Origin: Asterias rubens
Lineage: Eukaryota
Assembly: GCF_902459465.1 (NCBI RefSeq)
Contig: NC_047064.1
Location: 13,640,001-13,704,000, forward strand
DNA length: 64,000 bases
Direction: 5' to 3'
The notes beneath the pieces were generated by a model that was not told where the DNA came from, did no database searches, and saw nothing but the letters and a program-made list of their open reading frames with translations. A program made the position numbers and the translations under genes. Of the stretch, positions 20,001 through 34,244 are shown piece after piece (positions within the stretch are counted from its first letter, which is position 1; each line of letters starts with the position of its first letter).

Positions 20001-22743
20001 GGCGGGGGCGACGAGATGGCAGCAGAATAACCAGGTAAATTCATTGTTCTCCAAATTGTGCTCATGATCAGAACTACGTAAACTTTGGAAATTTAGATGG
20101 AGAGTCTGCTGCCACCTAGCGTTCAAACGTCTTCCATTGTGAGCTGAACGGTATGACCGTAGACCAAGGTTCTCGGGAAGTAGCCTGGACGTCTGACGTC
20201 ATTCTTCGAGGCTCGATAAAGACAGGGGCTCAGTCTACTCGGGAAGTTGTTTGATAGACAATGTACAACTACCTGTACACAAAGATTATACTTATCTATT
20301 ACTGTTTCCCCAATCCAGTCCTGAAGAGAACCCGGAGACGCTGTTAATGGATGAGGTCGAGGTTGGCAAACGGTACGAGATAGCCATGACCACCGCATCA
20401 GGGTTTTACCGTTACCGTATGGGCGATGTGGTCGAGGTTGTGGATTTCATCGAGAGTTGCCCAGTGTTTACCGTTTCGTACAGGTAAAAGATGAATCACT
20501 ACTAATTTGTTGTTAAAAGTTAGATTGAAAAAAGATTGAGGCTTAAAAAGTGTGCATTTACGCACTCGTAAAACAGCTTGCATATTTCCGCTTTTTACTG
20601 CTTTTCCACCAGGTGATAAATATTGATCCAGATCCATCCGTGGCTAATTCGGATTTTTTGCTCGGATTCAGCGTAAATTTCTGGGTATTTTTGACACAGA
20701 TTATTGGGTCCAGTGACCCTGAAATGGGTCAATACCCCAGGGGACAACATTTTGGGAAATTGTAGCCGAAAGTTATTTTAGAGTGAAGAATCAGTACTAA
20801 ATATCACATTGTTCGATCGGGAAGAACTTGGAATAATAATCAAATACAAAAGATATTCTTTCGAGTGGGACCATTAAAGCAATAGAACAATCACTAGAAA
20901 AACATAATAAACCTTTGGTCTCATGTCAGAACTGGAGAGTACTGAACCTAAATAGGTCTTCTCCTCTAACTAATTATCAAACACAGAAATTCAAGACAAT
21001 CACTTGAAAAAGTATGGTTTACTTTGTTTTAATTTCTAGAACTGGAGAGCTACTGAATCTACGCAGTGAGAAGATTGACGTACTGGTGGTCAATAAAGCC
21101 ATTCAAGAAAGCTTAGAAGGATGGGATGGAGCTACTCTAGTGGAATGGACATGCGCAGAGAGCCCACTTTTATATGAAGACAAAAATGGTACGATTTGAA
21201 GTGTGTATGGTTCCAACAGGGAAGAACAGACATCTTGCATTGGCCACCATGTTTGAGTCAAACAATGAATACGTGTCAATCACGTGAACGCGTCCTGCGT
21301 AGGTCTCAGTCATTGGGTGCGTTCGTTTAGCTTCCCTGGGTCGACCCCGGTGTGTGGCGTTTTCTTTTTCCAGGACGAACGTGTGCAGATAATTACCCAC
21401 GTTTGTCCTGGAAAAAAAAACCGCCACACACCGGGGTCGACCCAGGGAAGCTAAACGAACGCACCCATTATTACAGGCCCTAATTTTAACCAAGTGAGGG
21501 CGCTGTATGGGCTTGCCACGATGTAGAATGCAAGCAGTCGTAATGTGTTTACTGACATCATTTTAATAGCAAGTATCCAAAACTGTACCCGTCATTTTTA
21601 ATCTTAGATCCGTAGGCCTACCGTATTTCTTTTAAAGGGCAGTTTTAATCACATTAATGTTCAAGACTATAGGCTTTTAATTTGTCTAAGAGGCAGGAAC
21701 AAAGTAAACAAACTTTCATTTTATTCTTGACATTCGGAATCAAATAATTAAAATCTGTTTCATTTTGTCTTGCTTCCAGATGGTGAATACGACATGTTTT
21801 ATTTGCTCTTCGTTGAGCTCGAATCAGACATAGAGATCCGATTATCTGCTGATCAGAAGTCACTGGTAATTATACTTCTTTAACTAATAGTCATTTCATG
21901 CCGGTTTTTAGACTTGTCCACAAGTCAATTAAATTGTTTCGGAGAAAGGAATCTACGTCCCTTTTCGAAAACCGCGGTTTCGGTTAAAGTCCACACCAAA
22001 GTGCACGTTTTCAAACCGACAAAAGCTTAGCCTGACAAAAACCAGTGGTTTCGAAAAGAGGTTATAATTATGCACTAGAAGCACAATCATTTGGCCAATA
22101 ACATCCCTTTAATCGTTTTCAACTCCCTAGGAAATATAGGCCTACAGCCCCGAGCTGCCGTGGCGCTCCGAGGGCTTTTTAATACGCAATATCAACCTCT
22201 ACTCCCGCAGATACCAATTTATACACCTGGGTGAAGAGAAGCAATTATAGTCATTAGTCAAGTATCTTGCTGAATGACACAAGTGTCACGGGCGGGATTC
22301 GAACCCACAATTTGGTGACTGAATTCGATGCTCTTGATCACTCGGCCATGACACTCTATATTATTGAAGTGTGACAAATCGTACTCACGGTAGGGCCTAT
22401 TAATGTAAGGTTATGTGGACAAGAATGAGCTATTGAACGTCAAACATAAACTTGCCCTACCATCTTTGGCATCATGTTCATAACTTAAGGTTATTTTCCG
22501 ATTTCATTACAGTTCGACAAATCTCTGCGGAAACAGCATGAGTTCTACGAGCAATACCGGAAAGTGGGCACAATCTGCGGGGCTTGCGTTGAGGTCGTTC
22601 GCCCTGGCTCCTTCAATAAACTTAAATATCACATCATAGCGACCTCTACGTCCAGTTATAACCAGTTTAAGATACCCAAGAAGTTGCGCACCAAAGCTCT
22701 TCTTGATTTTATGTTGGACTGTGTTGTTAATGATAACGATTAG
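17058..22743 (+). CDS. GHDC: GH3 domain-containing protein, paralog B (634 aa, 7 coding exons)
   Basis: Exons 17058-17178, 18050-19066, 19706-19841, 20319-20483, 21040-21188, 21780-21865, 22513-22743. GT-AG, open frame of 1905 nt. Motifs FGTSSGTTGKGK, SGYGCTEG, GFYRYRMGD, NQFKIPKK. Confidence 0.92.
17555..17760. repeat. Dispersed repeat shared with 25534-25775
   Basis: cttgcgattagaag.cattttgttcc.caagaaacgcatgggcgaacacggggtgccagactagtctgcc is nearly identical at both sites. Confidence 0.75.
21315..21466. mobile_element. MITE family H (GGGTGCGTTCG TIRs) with an 80-bp TGT...ACA core
   Basis: Perfect 36-bp arms gggtgcgttcgtttagcttccctgggtcgaccccgg. The central 21351-21430 segment is itself a hairpin flanked by CCGG. 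Confidence 0.75.
22085..22355 (-). mobile_element. tRNA-derived SINE (second subfamily) in intron 6 of paralog B
   Basis: Minus-strand head gtgtcatggccgagtgatcaagagcatcgaattc...gtgggttcgaatcccgcccgtgacacttgtg. Body fragment repeated at 51725-51838. Confidence 0.7.
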
Positions 22744-24310
22744 GTGTTCGGGTTTAGCGGTGATCGGGTGAGAGGTGCTCGGCATGTGCAAAACGTGAAT
22801 AAAAGGTTAAAAGGATAACAAATTTGTGGGTGCCGAGTTTGCACGGTGCCGAGTTTGTAGTGGTGCCGAGTTGTCAAGGTGCCGAAGTGACCAATACCCC
22901 TTGGTATCATCAAGAGATCCAGTCCAGAGAAATGTGGTATTAAGATCGAGCTGAAATAACACAATAAACTGCAAAACCCCAACTTACTTGAGTGTGTACT
23001 TTTAAACTCAGGATTAATGTGTTTCCCCCAATGTTTTTTGGAATACTTATCTACTAATGCGTATGCTGTGGAGTCTTTTCTGTACGATATTTTATGACAG
23101 GAATGAAGGCCTGTTTTCCATTGTTTGGTGCATTGAGGAAAATGTAGATGCGCTTTAAAACTGCTGTATAATCTGTGTCATATAAAGGGAAGGTATACGG
23201 GCAATACAACTTCTGTGTTTGAATCGCATACTTTTCTTACTTTAAGACCTTTGTAGTTTTAGAGCCTGGTTTAGTTAACTGTTTACATTATTTATTCATT
23301 TAGTATAGATATTATGGATTAACGTCACCTAGCCGCCATCCTGTGCGGTGGAGGAATAGCAAAATATCTACCGAACATCTGACGTCACACTTCGAGGCTC
23401 GTGATTAACGCCAGAGAGTGGCCTCTAGCCTAGATATAGGTCAATTCCCGTCCACCTTCACATTTAACCTACTTTCATTTCACACACAGTCGAATCCATA
23501 CATTACATACAAGTACATACTAAGCAGGGAACTGGGGGTTGACCCGGTTGAGCCCATGGGATGAGACTATTCGAACGCACCGGGGTTGACCCGAACGCTA
23601 ATCGAACGCAACCTTTGTGGATAAAAACAGGGGACAACCTCCTTTTGACCTCTTAGGAGAGGGCACCAGTTCAAAATGGCATCAAGTGTACTAGTCCTGT
23701 ATAGGAATATTCATCTGTGCTGTACAAGCGCGAAAGTGAAAGACGTATACAGGGCTACAAATACATAATGTTTATACGCATCTTTATATATATAAATAGC
23801 TTCCTTCACTATACAACCGTCCTCTTACTTCCGTTTACCAATCATCCTATTTAAACCATGAAACGTCTTGAGCGAAATCCGGTGTAATAAATAAAAACCT
23901 TTATTTTCATGTATACAACGAGTACGGTGTTAGGTTTTGTTTAACCGGGAAGCGTATTTGTACAAAGGACTTATTGAATAATGCAAAAATATATAATAAT
24001 CTCATGTACTGATTTTAATCCTAATCAATAGTACACAGTACACAATGCACAGCCACCAAGGTGAAAGGTATACACCCGACAAGAGGCTTTACTTTTAGGA
24101 AAGTAAATATAGAGACACGGGGAGGAGGCAGTTCCCCGAAATACACATAAAGCAGAATCCACACGTATTATGAACTCAAAAATATAAAATAATCTCATGT
24201 GCTGGTTTTAATACTCAAACGAAAAGTACAAAAAATACACATTGTGCACAACACAGTGACTAAGGGTGAAAGGTCAAGAGGGCATGCGGCTGCCCACACA
24301 CGTTTACAAT

Positions 24311-24899
24311 GGGTGCGTTCGATTAGCTTCCCCGGGTCGACCTAGTCTTGGTTCAGGACTCTCCTGGATTTGTAACAAGAAAGCGCGCTATCACCCCCAA
24401 CGTGCTATCAACCACGAACCGCTATCACAGGAGAGTCTTGGCACATTCGTTAAATCTCCCCCCAAAATCGGGGGAAACATAATGCGCGTGCGTAGGTTTC
24501 CCGCAGAGCCCGCCCCCTTTTTTTTGGGGGGGGGGGGGGGGAGATTTAACGAATGTGCCAAGACTCTCCTGTGATAGCGGTTCTCGGGTGATAGCGGTTC
24601 GTGGTTGATAGCGCGTTGGGGTGATAGCGCGCCCTGTTGTGACAAATCTAGGAGAGTCTTGAACCAAGACTAGGGTCGACCCCGCAGTGATCACTCGGGT
24701 AAGCCCCTGACAAGAACTACTCGAACGATCACTCACCCTCTCGCGTTGACGTCATGCACCTGGGGCCAGCACCAAGTGGCCCACTCCACAAGCAGGGCAC
24801 TTTGGGCTGACCCGGGTGAGCCCCTGGAATGACGTCAAAGCTATTCGAACGTACCGGGGCAGACCGGGGTCGACCCAGGGAAGCTAACCGAACGCACAC
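24311..24899. mobile_element. MITE family H (AT-flanked; PIF/Harbinger-ISL2EU-like) carrying a nested insertion
   Basis: TIR gggtgcgttcgattagcttccc / gggaagctaaccgaacgcac. Uninterrupted copies at 25799-26034, 42660-42906 and 53325-53557. The superfamily assignment is tentative. Confidence 0.75.
24343..24672. mobile_element. Nested long-TIR MITE (330 bp) with 9-bp TSD (Mutator-like)
   Basis: tagtcttggttc...gaaccaagacta with inverted arms over 100 bp. GGGTCGACC duplicated at 24334-24342 and 24673-24681. Confidence 0.8.
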
Positions 24900-25798
24900 A
24901 ATGAAAGATGATTTAATTCAAAACACTACTCACAGATAGCTCCATGACTTTGTCCCTCCCGAAGGAATAGAATTTGGAGCATGACCAAAGCCATGCTCCC
25001 CCAAAACTAGGAAAGCAATACCTGTGCTAAAATGAAGGTGCTCTCTCTCTTGCCCAAAGGTAAAAATAGAAAGGAGAGCAAGCCTATATACAGTGCGCGA
25101 CCCAAACCTTAAATTTACACTATATATAATATGTTAATATGTTAATAAAGTTTGTGTGTTTGTGTTAGATTTGAATATTGTCTGACGTGCTTGGTCACAA
25201 TTAAAAATTACTGTTTAAATTCGAATTCATAAGATAATACAGGCACAGTTACTATTTCACATGACTCGGGCAAGCTTTTGCGTAGTTACGTAAAAGAAAT
25301 GGTTAACATCCATACTCAATTATTCTGAATGAATGAATGTGTATGACACAATGGTACCAGGGTATGCTCATCTGGCTGTACCTAAGCTAACATCATAGCA
25401 ACTGAGGCATTCAAATGTAAGCGGTAACTTGTGACCAAGCAAGTCAATGTACCAGACACTATTCAAATCTAACTCGCAAATGGCTTATTGGATTCGACAG
25501 TTGAACACTGATGGCGCTCTTGGATTCTCTACATCAGAGCCGTATTATTACTATTATTGTTATTGATTCGGCCATTTTACAAAGAACAATAACAGCAGAG
25601 TTACGAAAACTTGCGATTAGAAGACATTTTGTTCCACAAGAAACGCATGGGCGAACACGGGGTGCCAGACTAGTCTGCCTATTGGGTTGTGCTGCATTTG
25701 AAGACAACATGGCGTCCAGCAACCACGTGACCAACGAAAACTGGTCCCTCCACGTCGCCACTCTTTCAATACACAGCTCTACTCTACATTGCAACTAT

Positions 25799-26034
25799 GG
25801 GTGCATTCGCTTAGCCTCACTTGGTCGACCCCGGTCTGCCCCGGTGCGTTCAAATAGCTTTGACGTCATTCTAGGGGCTCACCGTGGTCAGCCCCCAGTG
25901 CCCTGCTTGTGGAGTGGGTCACTTGGGGGTTGCCGTTACCCGAGGTGCATGACAATACCACGAGAGGGAGGGTGTGATCGTTCGATTAGCTCTCGTCAGG
26001 GGTCAACCTATATGGAAGCTAATCAAACGCACCC
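25799..26034. mobile_element. MITE family H, uninterrupted copy
   Basis: gggtgcattcgcttagc...gctaatcaaacgcaccc with the family core ccctgcttgtggagtgggtcacttggg. Confidence 0.75.
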
Positions 26035-26102
26035 AAAGTTTTTTTTCTCAACACTGTACAGAACTGGAATAACTACTTTATTGGTTGTTGTTGACTACAC
26101 AG

Positions 26103-29100
26103 TCAATTATTGTTATTTACAACACACTCCTGCATGAAATCCAACAGCACCTTAGTGCGCAACTTCTTAGGCATTTTGAACTGGTTGTAATTGGCCGTTG
26201 AGTTCGCTATAATGTGCGTTTTAAGTTTGTTGAAGGATCCCGGGCGAACGACCTCAACGCAAGCCTCGCATATTGTGCCGAATTGACGATAGTGTTCGTA
26301 GAACTCATGCTGTTTTCGCAGGGATTTGTCGAACTGAAAAAAGGAAGAACAAAAATAGAACTTGTTTAAGAGAAGGAATGAAATGAAATTATGTTTTAAA
26401 GGCACTGGACATTATTGGAATTACTCAAAATAATTGTTAGCACAACTATTTACTTGGTAACGAGTAATGGAGAGCTGTTGATAGTATACAACATTGTGAG
26501 AAACAGCTCCCTCTGAGGTAACGTGGTTTTTGAGAAAGAGGTAATTTATTACTCAAATAATGAAAGACTTCAGCTGAAGCCTTTTGTTACACATCTGAAA
26601 GCACGCAAAGTTCTTCAACAAGGCTGTCTTCTTTCATAATTCTCATGTAAATTTGATTATCAATTGAGTTCAAATTTTCATGTTCAAGGTTTAATATTTT
26701 ATGCATATGTTGGGATACACCAAGTGAGAATACTGGTGTTTGACAATCATCAGACGTGTGCAGTGCCCTTAAAGACGTTAAACTAGATTCACTTTGCTTT
26801 CGTGTAATATAGAAAACCTCGCCCGAAATCCACCGACTTTATGCAAGTACGAAATGAAAAGGTTATTCAGATTTGATGCTTGATATTTCCGTGTTATAGA
26901 AGACCTCACCCGAAAGCCATCGACTTTGGCTTGATCACTTAAACTTTTGTAAATGTTAAAATACGGTTCACAATCCAGAACCTTGATGTCTCCTCGGGCT
27001 TCGTGACGATTTCAGAACCCCCATCTTGGCTGGAATTTCATCTTTGGGAGGGCAAGGCCATATTCATTCTTCCAGTCTGTTGGGGAACCATTGAAGGGCA
27101 CCCAGGCCAAGACCAGGGCAACATCGCCCATGGCCTCCATGGCTTTCGTAAAATTCCAGTCATGCCCTTTTCAATCAAACTTGTTTTCCAACATCACAAA
27201 CAGATGGCTTGTAAAGTCCCGTTCATAAAATGCAGTTTCGAGTTTCGAGAAAGCATATTTACCATTGACTTCTGATCAGCAGATAACTGGATTTCCTTGT
27301 CTGATTCGAGCTCAACGAAAAGCAAATAAAACATGTCATATTCACCATCTATAAGCAAGAAGACAACGCACAAAGTTGAAGCAATTAATATTTTTGATAG
27401 ATACAAATTTGTTGCACACTTTTATGGGAAACTTTGGGACGCTAGGTGGCAGCAGACTTACCAGGTAAATTTCCATTGTTTACGTAGTTCTGAGCATGTG
27501 GACAATACCGAGAACAATGGATTTTACCTGGTAAGTCTGCTGCCACCGAGTGTCCCAAAAGCCTCCCATTAACCGACTTGTCGTGATATTTTATTTTCTT
27601 CAAACCAACTGTAAAATCTGGTTCAAACAGTTACCATTTTTGTCTTCGTACAAAAGTGGGCTCTCTGCGCATGTCCATTCCACTAGAGAAGCTCCATCCC
27701 ATCCTTCTAAGCTTTCTTGAATGGCTTTATTGACCACCAGTACGTCAATCTTCTCACTGCGTAGATTCAGTAGCTCTCCAGTTCTAGGGAATTAAAACAA
27801 AGTGAAACAGTTAAAACACTCAGATAAAGCTCTGTTAGCAGAGCGCTTGTATACATCATAGGGCAAAAACTGTCATACATTGGTCGAGTTGGTCTTTATT
27901 GAAAACCGTTTGTTATAAAATGCATATGAGTAGAAAGATGCTGTAAAAGTAGAATACATGCCTCGAAATTGCACGGTTTTCCTTTTACCTCGTCGCTTTT
28001 TTAAAACAACTTTCCAACCATATGCATTTTATAACAAACGGTTACAAACGGTTTTTATATACCAACTCGTCCGATCCAAGGCAACGTGTCCCTTTCACCC
28101 CAATGCTACACACAGAGGACATACCTGTACATAACGGTAAACACGGGGCAAAACTCGATGAAATCCACAACCTCGACAACGTCGCCCAAACGGTAACGGT
28201 AAAACCCTGATGTGGTCGTTATAGCAATCTCATACCTTTGGCCAACCTCGACCTCATCCATTAAGAGCGTATGTGGGCTCTCTTTGGTACTGTAGTGAGA
28301 AGAAAATAATACATAATAACTGTGTGGATGTACATCAGCATCAACAGTTCCTTGTGTCATGGTGAATAACTAGAGGTTGACTTAAAGTCACATGGAAATA
28401 TAGTTTTTTTCTTTCAATCATAAGAGTATATGCTTATGAACAATAAAACACTTTTTTTTAGTAATTGTTTGTCACGATTTGTATGTTAAAAAATAGATAA
28501 AGTTGTTTGGGGAGCTGACTCCGCTTACCCCTTTTTAGACGTCAATCGAAAGATGGACGAACCTAACGGAGCGCATGCCAAACTTCGGGTAATTTTGAAC
28601 CTTTGTGAGGGCATGTTTTTAGCTTGCGATTCACCGTACAGGGTTACCCGAGTGGACCGTCCGCATGGCAGTCATTTAGTGCATGGAGTCTGCTCCGTGA
28701 CCGTAGTTCTGTACGTAGTCATCATACCGATCAGGTATCAAGACGTAGTGTACGGAGCCAGACTACACATTTTGTGCTCAAATATCGCGCCTCGATTGAC
28801 GTCACGAACAGCGCCCTCTCGGGTCGGGGCCTCTCTTAAATTTGTAAATAAAATGAGAACTAATATTTAGAACCTTAGTTAATGTTTATCCACATTCCCC
28901 TTATCAAAACACATATATGTTAGTGGCAAAAAGTTTATTTTGAAAAAAAAAAACACTTCCAGGTGACTTTAAGTTTTTAAATATTAACAAAACAAGTGTT
29001 GCATGGTTTAGATTGAAACCTTTACGAGTTTGTATAATCGGCCTACGGAGTTCGATTGTTAAAGACACTAGACACGTTTGCATAATTGTTTTTCTAAAAA

Positions 29101-32100
29101 AGTGTTTTTCTGCATTCAGCAGCAATACACCTGGTCGGCATTGCCGGAAAAAACAAAACAATTTTTTTTGGAAACGTACAAACTCACGACTTGGTCCGTA
29201 CATGTACTTTGCAATTGTGTTTACTCTACGCATTACAGGCAAAGTCTGCCTCGACTGACGTCACGAACAGCGCCCTCTCGGGTCGGGGTCTACTCTTAAA
29301 TTTGTAAATAACATAAGAACTGATTTTTTTAAACCTTAGTTGGCCTACCCAAACATTCGCGGCCCAACAAGAGTAACAGTTCACAAATGCTAGAAAGTAC
29401 CAGGCTACTGTTACAAGTCGGAATCTGAACAAGGAACGATCTGGCCGACCCGAAACTGGTCTATCTGCTGCAAACATCCAATGTTGCATTCCTCATGATG
29501 ATTTTCATTTGGCCTGCGTCCGAACTTGGTAGACCATGGAGGACTGAGAGTTCGTCCACTTTTCTAGCAAATTTGTGAGCAACAAAGCAAAAACCTCACC
29601 TTCCATACTACGGTGTTTGATTCTGTTAAAACCCTTTCATTTTTGTGCGCAAGCCAATTAAAATCTGATTAGTAATTAGCTAGTGCTCACTCATGCGGAA
29701 CAGCAGAGGATTGATTTGGTAAGAATTAAAAAGCTATGACCCTGGTCCACCGAAACTGAGTGCCAGATTTTTGTAAAACTTAAACAAAAAATCCATTTGA
29801 TACATTGTTTCTAAACGTATACTTTTCTTTTAAACATCCTGTATTACCAATAGTGGCTAGTGACTTCAACGAGTTTGTCTGATCGGTTTGAGTTTGGATG
29901 ATCATTGCGAGAGGCTTTACCTGAGATGTTCCGGGATAAACTCTACGACCATTTGATGAGGGAGGAACGTATACTGCTGTGGTGTCGTATCCACCCATGT
30001 ATTCACGCCGATTAACCCTTCTGTGCATGCATAGCCTGACGAGAATAGTCGGGTACCTGCAGTGAAGACAGATCTAACATTATGTTGAGTAGATACAACT
30101 TTACAGCAAGTTGTCCTTTCGTTTTGCTTGTCATTTTGTCCATTTTGCTCGTCTTGTGTTTTTGGAGTTGTTGTTTTTGTTTATTTTCGTATTGCAAATA
30201 CAACGAACCCACACTCTGTTGATTAAAAACACCAGAGTTTGAATCCGGTGTTCTTAACCGCAGGCCATGACACGCCACATATTTTTTATATAGAAAGTAA
30301 GTAGACTAACAACTTCAAACATTACTTTGCAGCTAGTCTCGACCACTAGAAAAGCATTGCATACTCATGACAGAAGATAGCTGAAAACACATTGAGCTTC
30401 TAGTTATTTCGTAATTACCTTTTGTATATGTTGCATTAAGCTTCTTCATGTACCCAGAGATGTCGATAGTCGATACGTGTGTCATATGAGGCCAGATTCT
30501 ACCCACGATGCCCACGAAGCCTTTAGCAAACTCCCTCCTCAGTTCGTCTGCTCGCGCTGGGTCTGCCGTCAAAGCTGCGTCCAGAGACCGTCGAATTCCC
30601 TCATCGAGCTGTAACTTCGGGTTGACCCTTCCTAGAGTCAGATCCTCTAAAAACATCTCATGTTCGTCTTCCAGCATTTTCAGTGCCCTGTAGACTTGCG
30701 AGGCAAAAGGCGCAAAAAACTGGCCGATATTTTTGTCGGTGAGAGCAAAGAGAGTATGGACGTACGTCGCTTCAAAATCGGTGGAAATCCGCAAGCCAAT
30801 TGGTGGCAGGTTCTGAATAGCGGACATGAACAAGTCTACGATTTTGCTCTCCGGAATGAACATTACTGGCGCAATGCGCATTCCAGATTTCGTGAACTTC
30901 TCCGCGGGTTTACAATATAGCATAAAAGCTTTCTGTACCGGGCTCGGCGAGAAAAGTAGGCTTGAGATTGCCAAAACAACTCGCTCAAACTCTTTCGAGC
31001 TGACCATCGGAATAAGCTTGCCCTTTCCTGTTGTGCCAGACGAAGTTCCAAATCGTCGCAATTTGGTCGCAACGCAGACGTTCTTTTCCCCGTCTGCCAG
31101 CCTGGTGAAGTAATCTCGATAATGCTCATACTTAGTGAGTGGATGCTTCTCACGAAACTCTTGAAGAGATTTGATGTCGCTGAAGCCGTGTGTCATGCCG
31201 TACTCCGTCTTCGCATCACGGGCGAGCAGCTTCATAAGAAACTTCTCTTGCTCTTCCATAGGACGTTGCCAGACCTTTTCGATTTCAGAGTAGACAGAAG
31301 AGGCCATGAGACTAGGAATCTGCTGCACAAAGTACTCAACCAGTAGAGTCACTAAAGTGTGGGTTTCGGAACAGCATACAGTTGAGATGTGAAGAGCTAT
31401 AACGGTTGACAATCCGCAAAAACCAGTCAAGATGCCTGGGAGAACGACAAGAAACTCTATTTAAAAGGAACGTACCATTGGTTCTTTGAACCCTTGATTG
31501 ATTTAACCATCATACTAAATGTTACTAGGTCTACATACATGCAGTAAAGCTAAAAAGAAACTGAACATTTCATTCCAAAAGGTGAGTTTAAAGATTGATG
31601 CAAATGAGATACAGTTGAGGTGGTGGTGTCACACCCAGATCACTTTGTTTACAGTCACACATGAAGAGCTTTAAAGGAACATTGCAGAATTGGTTTTGCT
31701 AGCAAACAAGTTGCTGGCAGTATAAGCACTTTATGTAATCCACCATATACATCAACTAACAAACCTGTAAAAGTTTGAGATCGATCGGCCATCTGGGTCA
31801 CGAGAGAATAGTGAAAACCGATTACAAATTTTGCATTGCATCGATGCCCCCCAAAAATGAATAAAACGCTCACTGAGCGATAAACTCAAAATGTGATATC
31901 ACATTATTTGTTTCTCATCAAATATGAAATTTTAGACTGAAATATTTAAATGGATGTTTTCTACTATCATCATCATTAGACCGTGTAAGTTTTATGTAAA
32001 TCTGTGATCTTCACGATTTTTGTTTATTACCAATTCTGTAATGTTCCTTTAACAGTTGATTTGTATAGCTGTTATCTACCCGGAATTTACACCGATACTC

Positions 32101-32223
32101 ACCAATGACAGTTTTTATCATCCACGATACATCACTGGTCCAACAGTAGTTGGCAGCATACGCCGTCACCAACCCAGAAAACATCACCCACACCAAACAG
32201 CGAAACTTCCATGTTACCGCCAT
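26103..32223 (-). CDS. GHDC: GH3 domain-containing protein, paralog C (634 aa, 7 coding exons)
   Basis: Exons (minus) 32103-32223, 30419-31435, 29921-30056, 28125-28289, 27635-27783, 27263-27348, 26103-26333. GT-AG, open frame. Motifs FGTSSGTTGKGK, SGYACTEG, GFYRYRLGD, NQFKMPKK. Confidence 0.92.
26396..26772. mobile_element. Kolobok-like MITE, family K1
   Basis: ttaaaggcactggacattattgg...tgtgcagtgcccttaa. Confidence 0.8.
27881..28095. mobile_element. Foldback MITE family K2, internally deleted
   Basis: ggtcgagttggtc...accaactcgtccgatccaaggcaacgtgtcccttt. Ends about 30 bp from the exon 4 donor of paralog C. Confidence 0.75.
28386..28968. mobile_element. Kolobok-like element family K3, short derivative (583 bp)
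   Basis: ttaa|agtcacatggaa...ttccaggtgact|ttaa. A further internal fragment lies at 29080-29320. Confidence 0.8.
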
Positions 32224-33126
32224 TTTGAAAAGAATTGCTGTTCCTTGTACGGCCGTTCGCGTACAACAACAACACTGATGCAATACGAGGGGGGTGATGG
32301 GCTAATAACTGTTGGCGATCAAGATTAGCAAAACCGAAAATGGCCATGGAATTCGTGAATATCTTATCTAAATAAAGTATAAATCTTATCGTTAAAATAT
32401 GAGTGTAATCTTTAGTAACTGATACGACCTTTGTACTTTTTGCTTTATTTTCTACAATTTTGTTTACTTTTAAGATCAGGCTGAGTCACGACATTGTACG
32501 TGTATTAAGGACCAATCTTTAATCAGGAAGGTCACCTACGGTTTAGCGTTCATATCAGTACCGATCATGCGATTGAGTAATTCCATGAAACCGTGACTGC
32601 AGTTTTATCCTGGAGCATCTCGGGTATGACTTCCTATAACGACCATACTCGATAATAATAATAATAATAATATTCAAAATTTATATTGCGCCCCTTCCAT
32701 ACAAAATGATCAGAGGCGCAGAACACTTGATAAAAAGCACAGATACCAACAAACAAAGATATTGACAAAAGTAATTAACAACTAAAACTAAACATTGCCT
32801 CCGTAACCGATTGTTGTATGGTTAAGTATGTTTTGCTGTTTGTTTCATCGCTTCTGGAGACGAATCTACCTATAACATGACACCGTCGTGCCTTCTTCCT
32901 TCCAGTGCATTGTTGTAATATTTGTAGTTTGTTGTGTTTAGATCAGATGTCAACTGTAAATGAATTCCCTTGGATGGTATTATTTTGATAAATGAACTTT
33001 TGTTAACTCAGACATGTCAGCCATGATTAGCCAATATTTTTTTTTAGTGACAAGGGTTACGACGTTTGAATTGCTTCTGGTAAAGAAGCTTCTCCGGGAA
33101 AACAAGAAACACTGGAAGGGTGGTGC

Positions 33127-33161
<35 letters not shown>

Positions 33162-34090
33162 CACCACGTCCCACTTTGACAGGACTTCAATAACCCGCTG
33201 GTACCCAAGACTGGTCCCCGGAACTTGCTTTTCATAACCAGTGGATACAATGATTTCTTTGCATAAAGTGTGTGTATTGGCGTAAGATACAGAATTAGAT
33301 CCTAGACCTCCATGATTAGATACAGAATGCTACGCCAATGCACAAACTTTATCCAAAAAAATCAAACACAGATCTGTGTTTGATTGGTCCGAGGTGATGT
33401 TTGGCATCTGCACTCGCGCTCGTCTGCACATGAATATATTAGTGAAAGGTGAAGATGGAAGGGGGTTGACCTAGGCTAGAGGCCGCTCTCTGGCGTTATT
33501 CACCAGCCTTGAAGTGTGACGTCAGATGTTCACGTTCAGTCTTGCACCTCAACCTTCGCTCGACCCCAGTGGCCAGGGCTATCTAGGACCGCTTGTTTAT
33601 GGGCATGGCCATGGGCTAATTAGCTTGGACATATTCTTGCCCAGAAAGTACGTCACGCGTGCAGTGTATTTAGATGGTGCAGTGTGAGTTTGATGCATGA
33701 TGACACTGAGCATTTTCTGAATAGACCAATGAGCGTGCTTGACTTTTTTGCCCATCCCAGCGCCCGTGGTTAGGCGCTGGGGCCGAGCGAAAACTCAACC
33801 TCGACTTCAAAGTATTTTTGACCGCGCGAGGGCGTGTGTGTACTGAGTTTACTCGATGCACAGCATGTAAAACTAACATGTGCCATCGTTGGTACCATAT
33901 TGTATACTTTATGAGACTATTGAATCACACAGCATTACATGTACGTCATACAAACTATTATAACACATCTCTTGCTTGTTCTGTATTCTGGTTGGCTGAA
34001 ACACGGTCACGTGGATGAACTAATAAAGGCTAGTGATTGCGCGCGCGTGTTTTGCGGGAGTAGTACCAGAGCAGGCAATAGTCTTTGAAT

Positions 34091-34244
34091 ATAGACCTTT
34101 TCGCAAATACTTGGGCGCGCGCGTAAAGCTTGGAATTAGGTGCATTGTGGTCTAGCTGGTATCCAAATTTGATCCATATCTATCCCACAATGCACCTCAT
34201 TCAACAGTCTGCGCTTGCGCAATGGTATTTGCGAAAAGGTCTAT
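34091..34244. mobile_element. Small MITE with 20-bp TIRs
   Basis: atagaccttttcgcaaatac / gtatttgcgaaaaggtctat, TA-flanked. Confidence 0.7.

Noticed and set aside
25511-26137. 208-aa ORF between B and C
   Set aside because: It is built from a dispersed repeat plus a family H MITE and has no recognisable domain.
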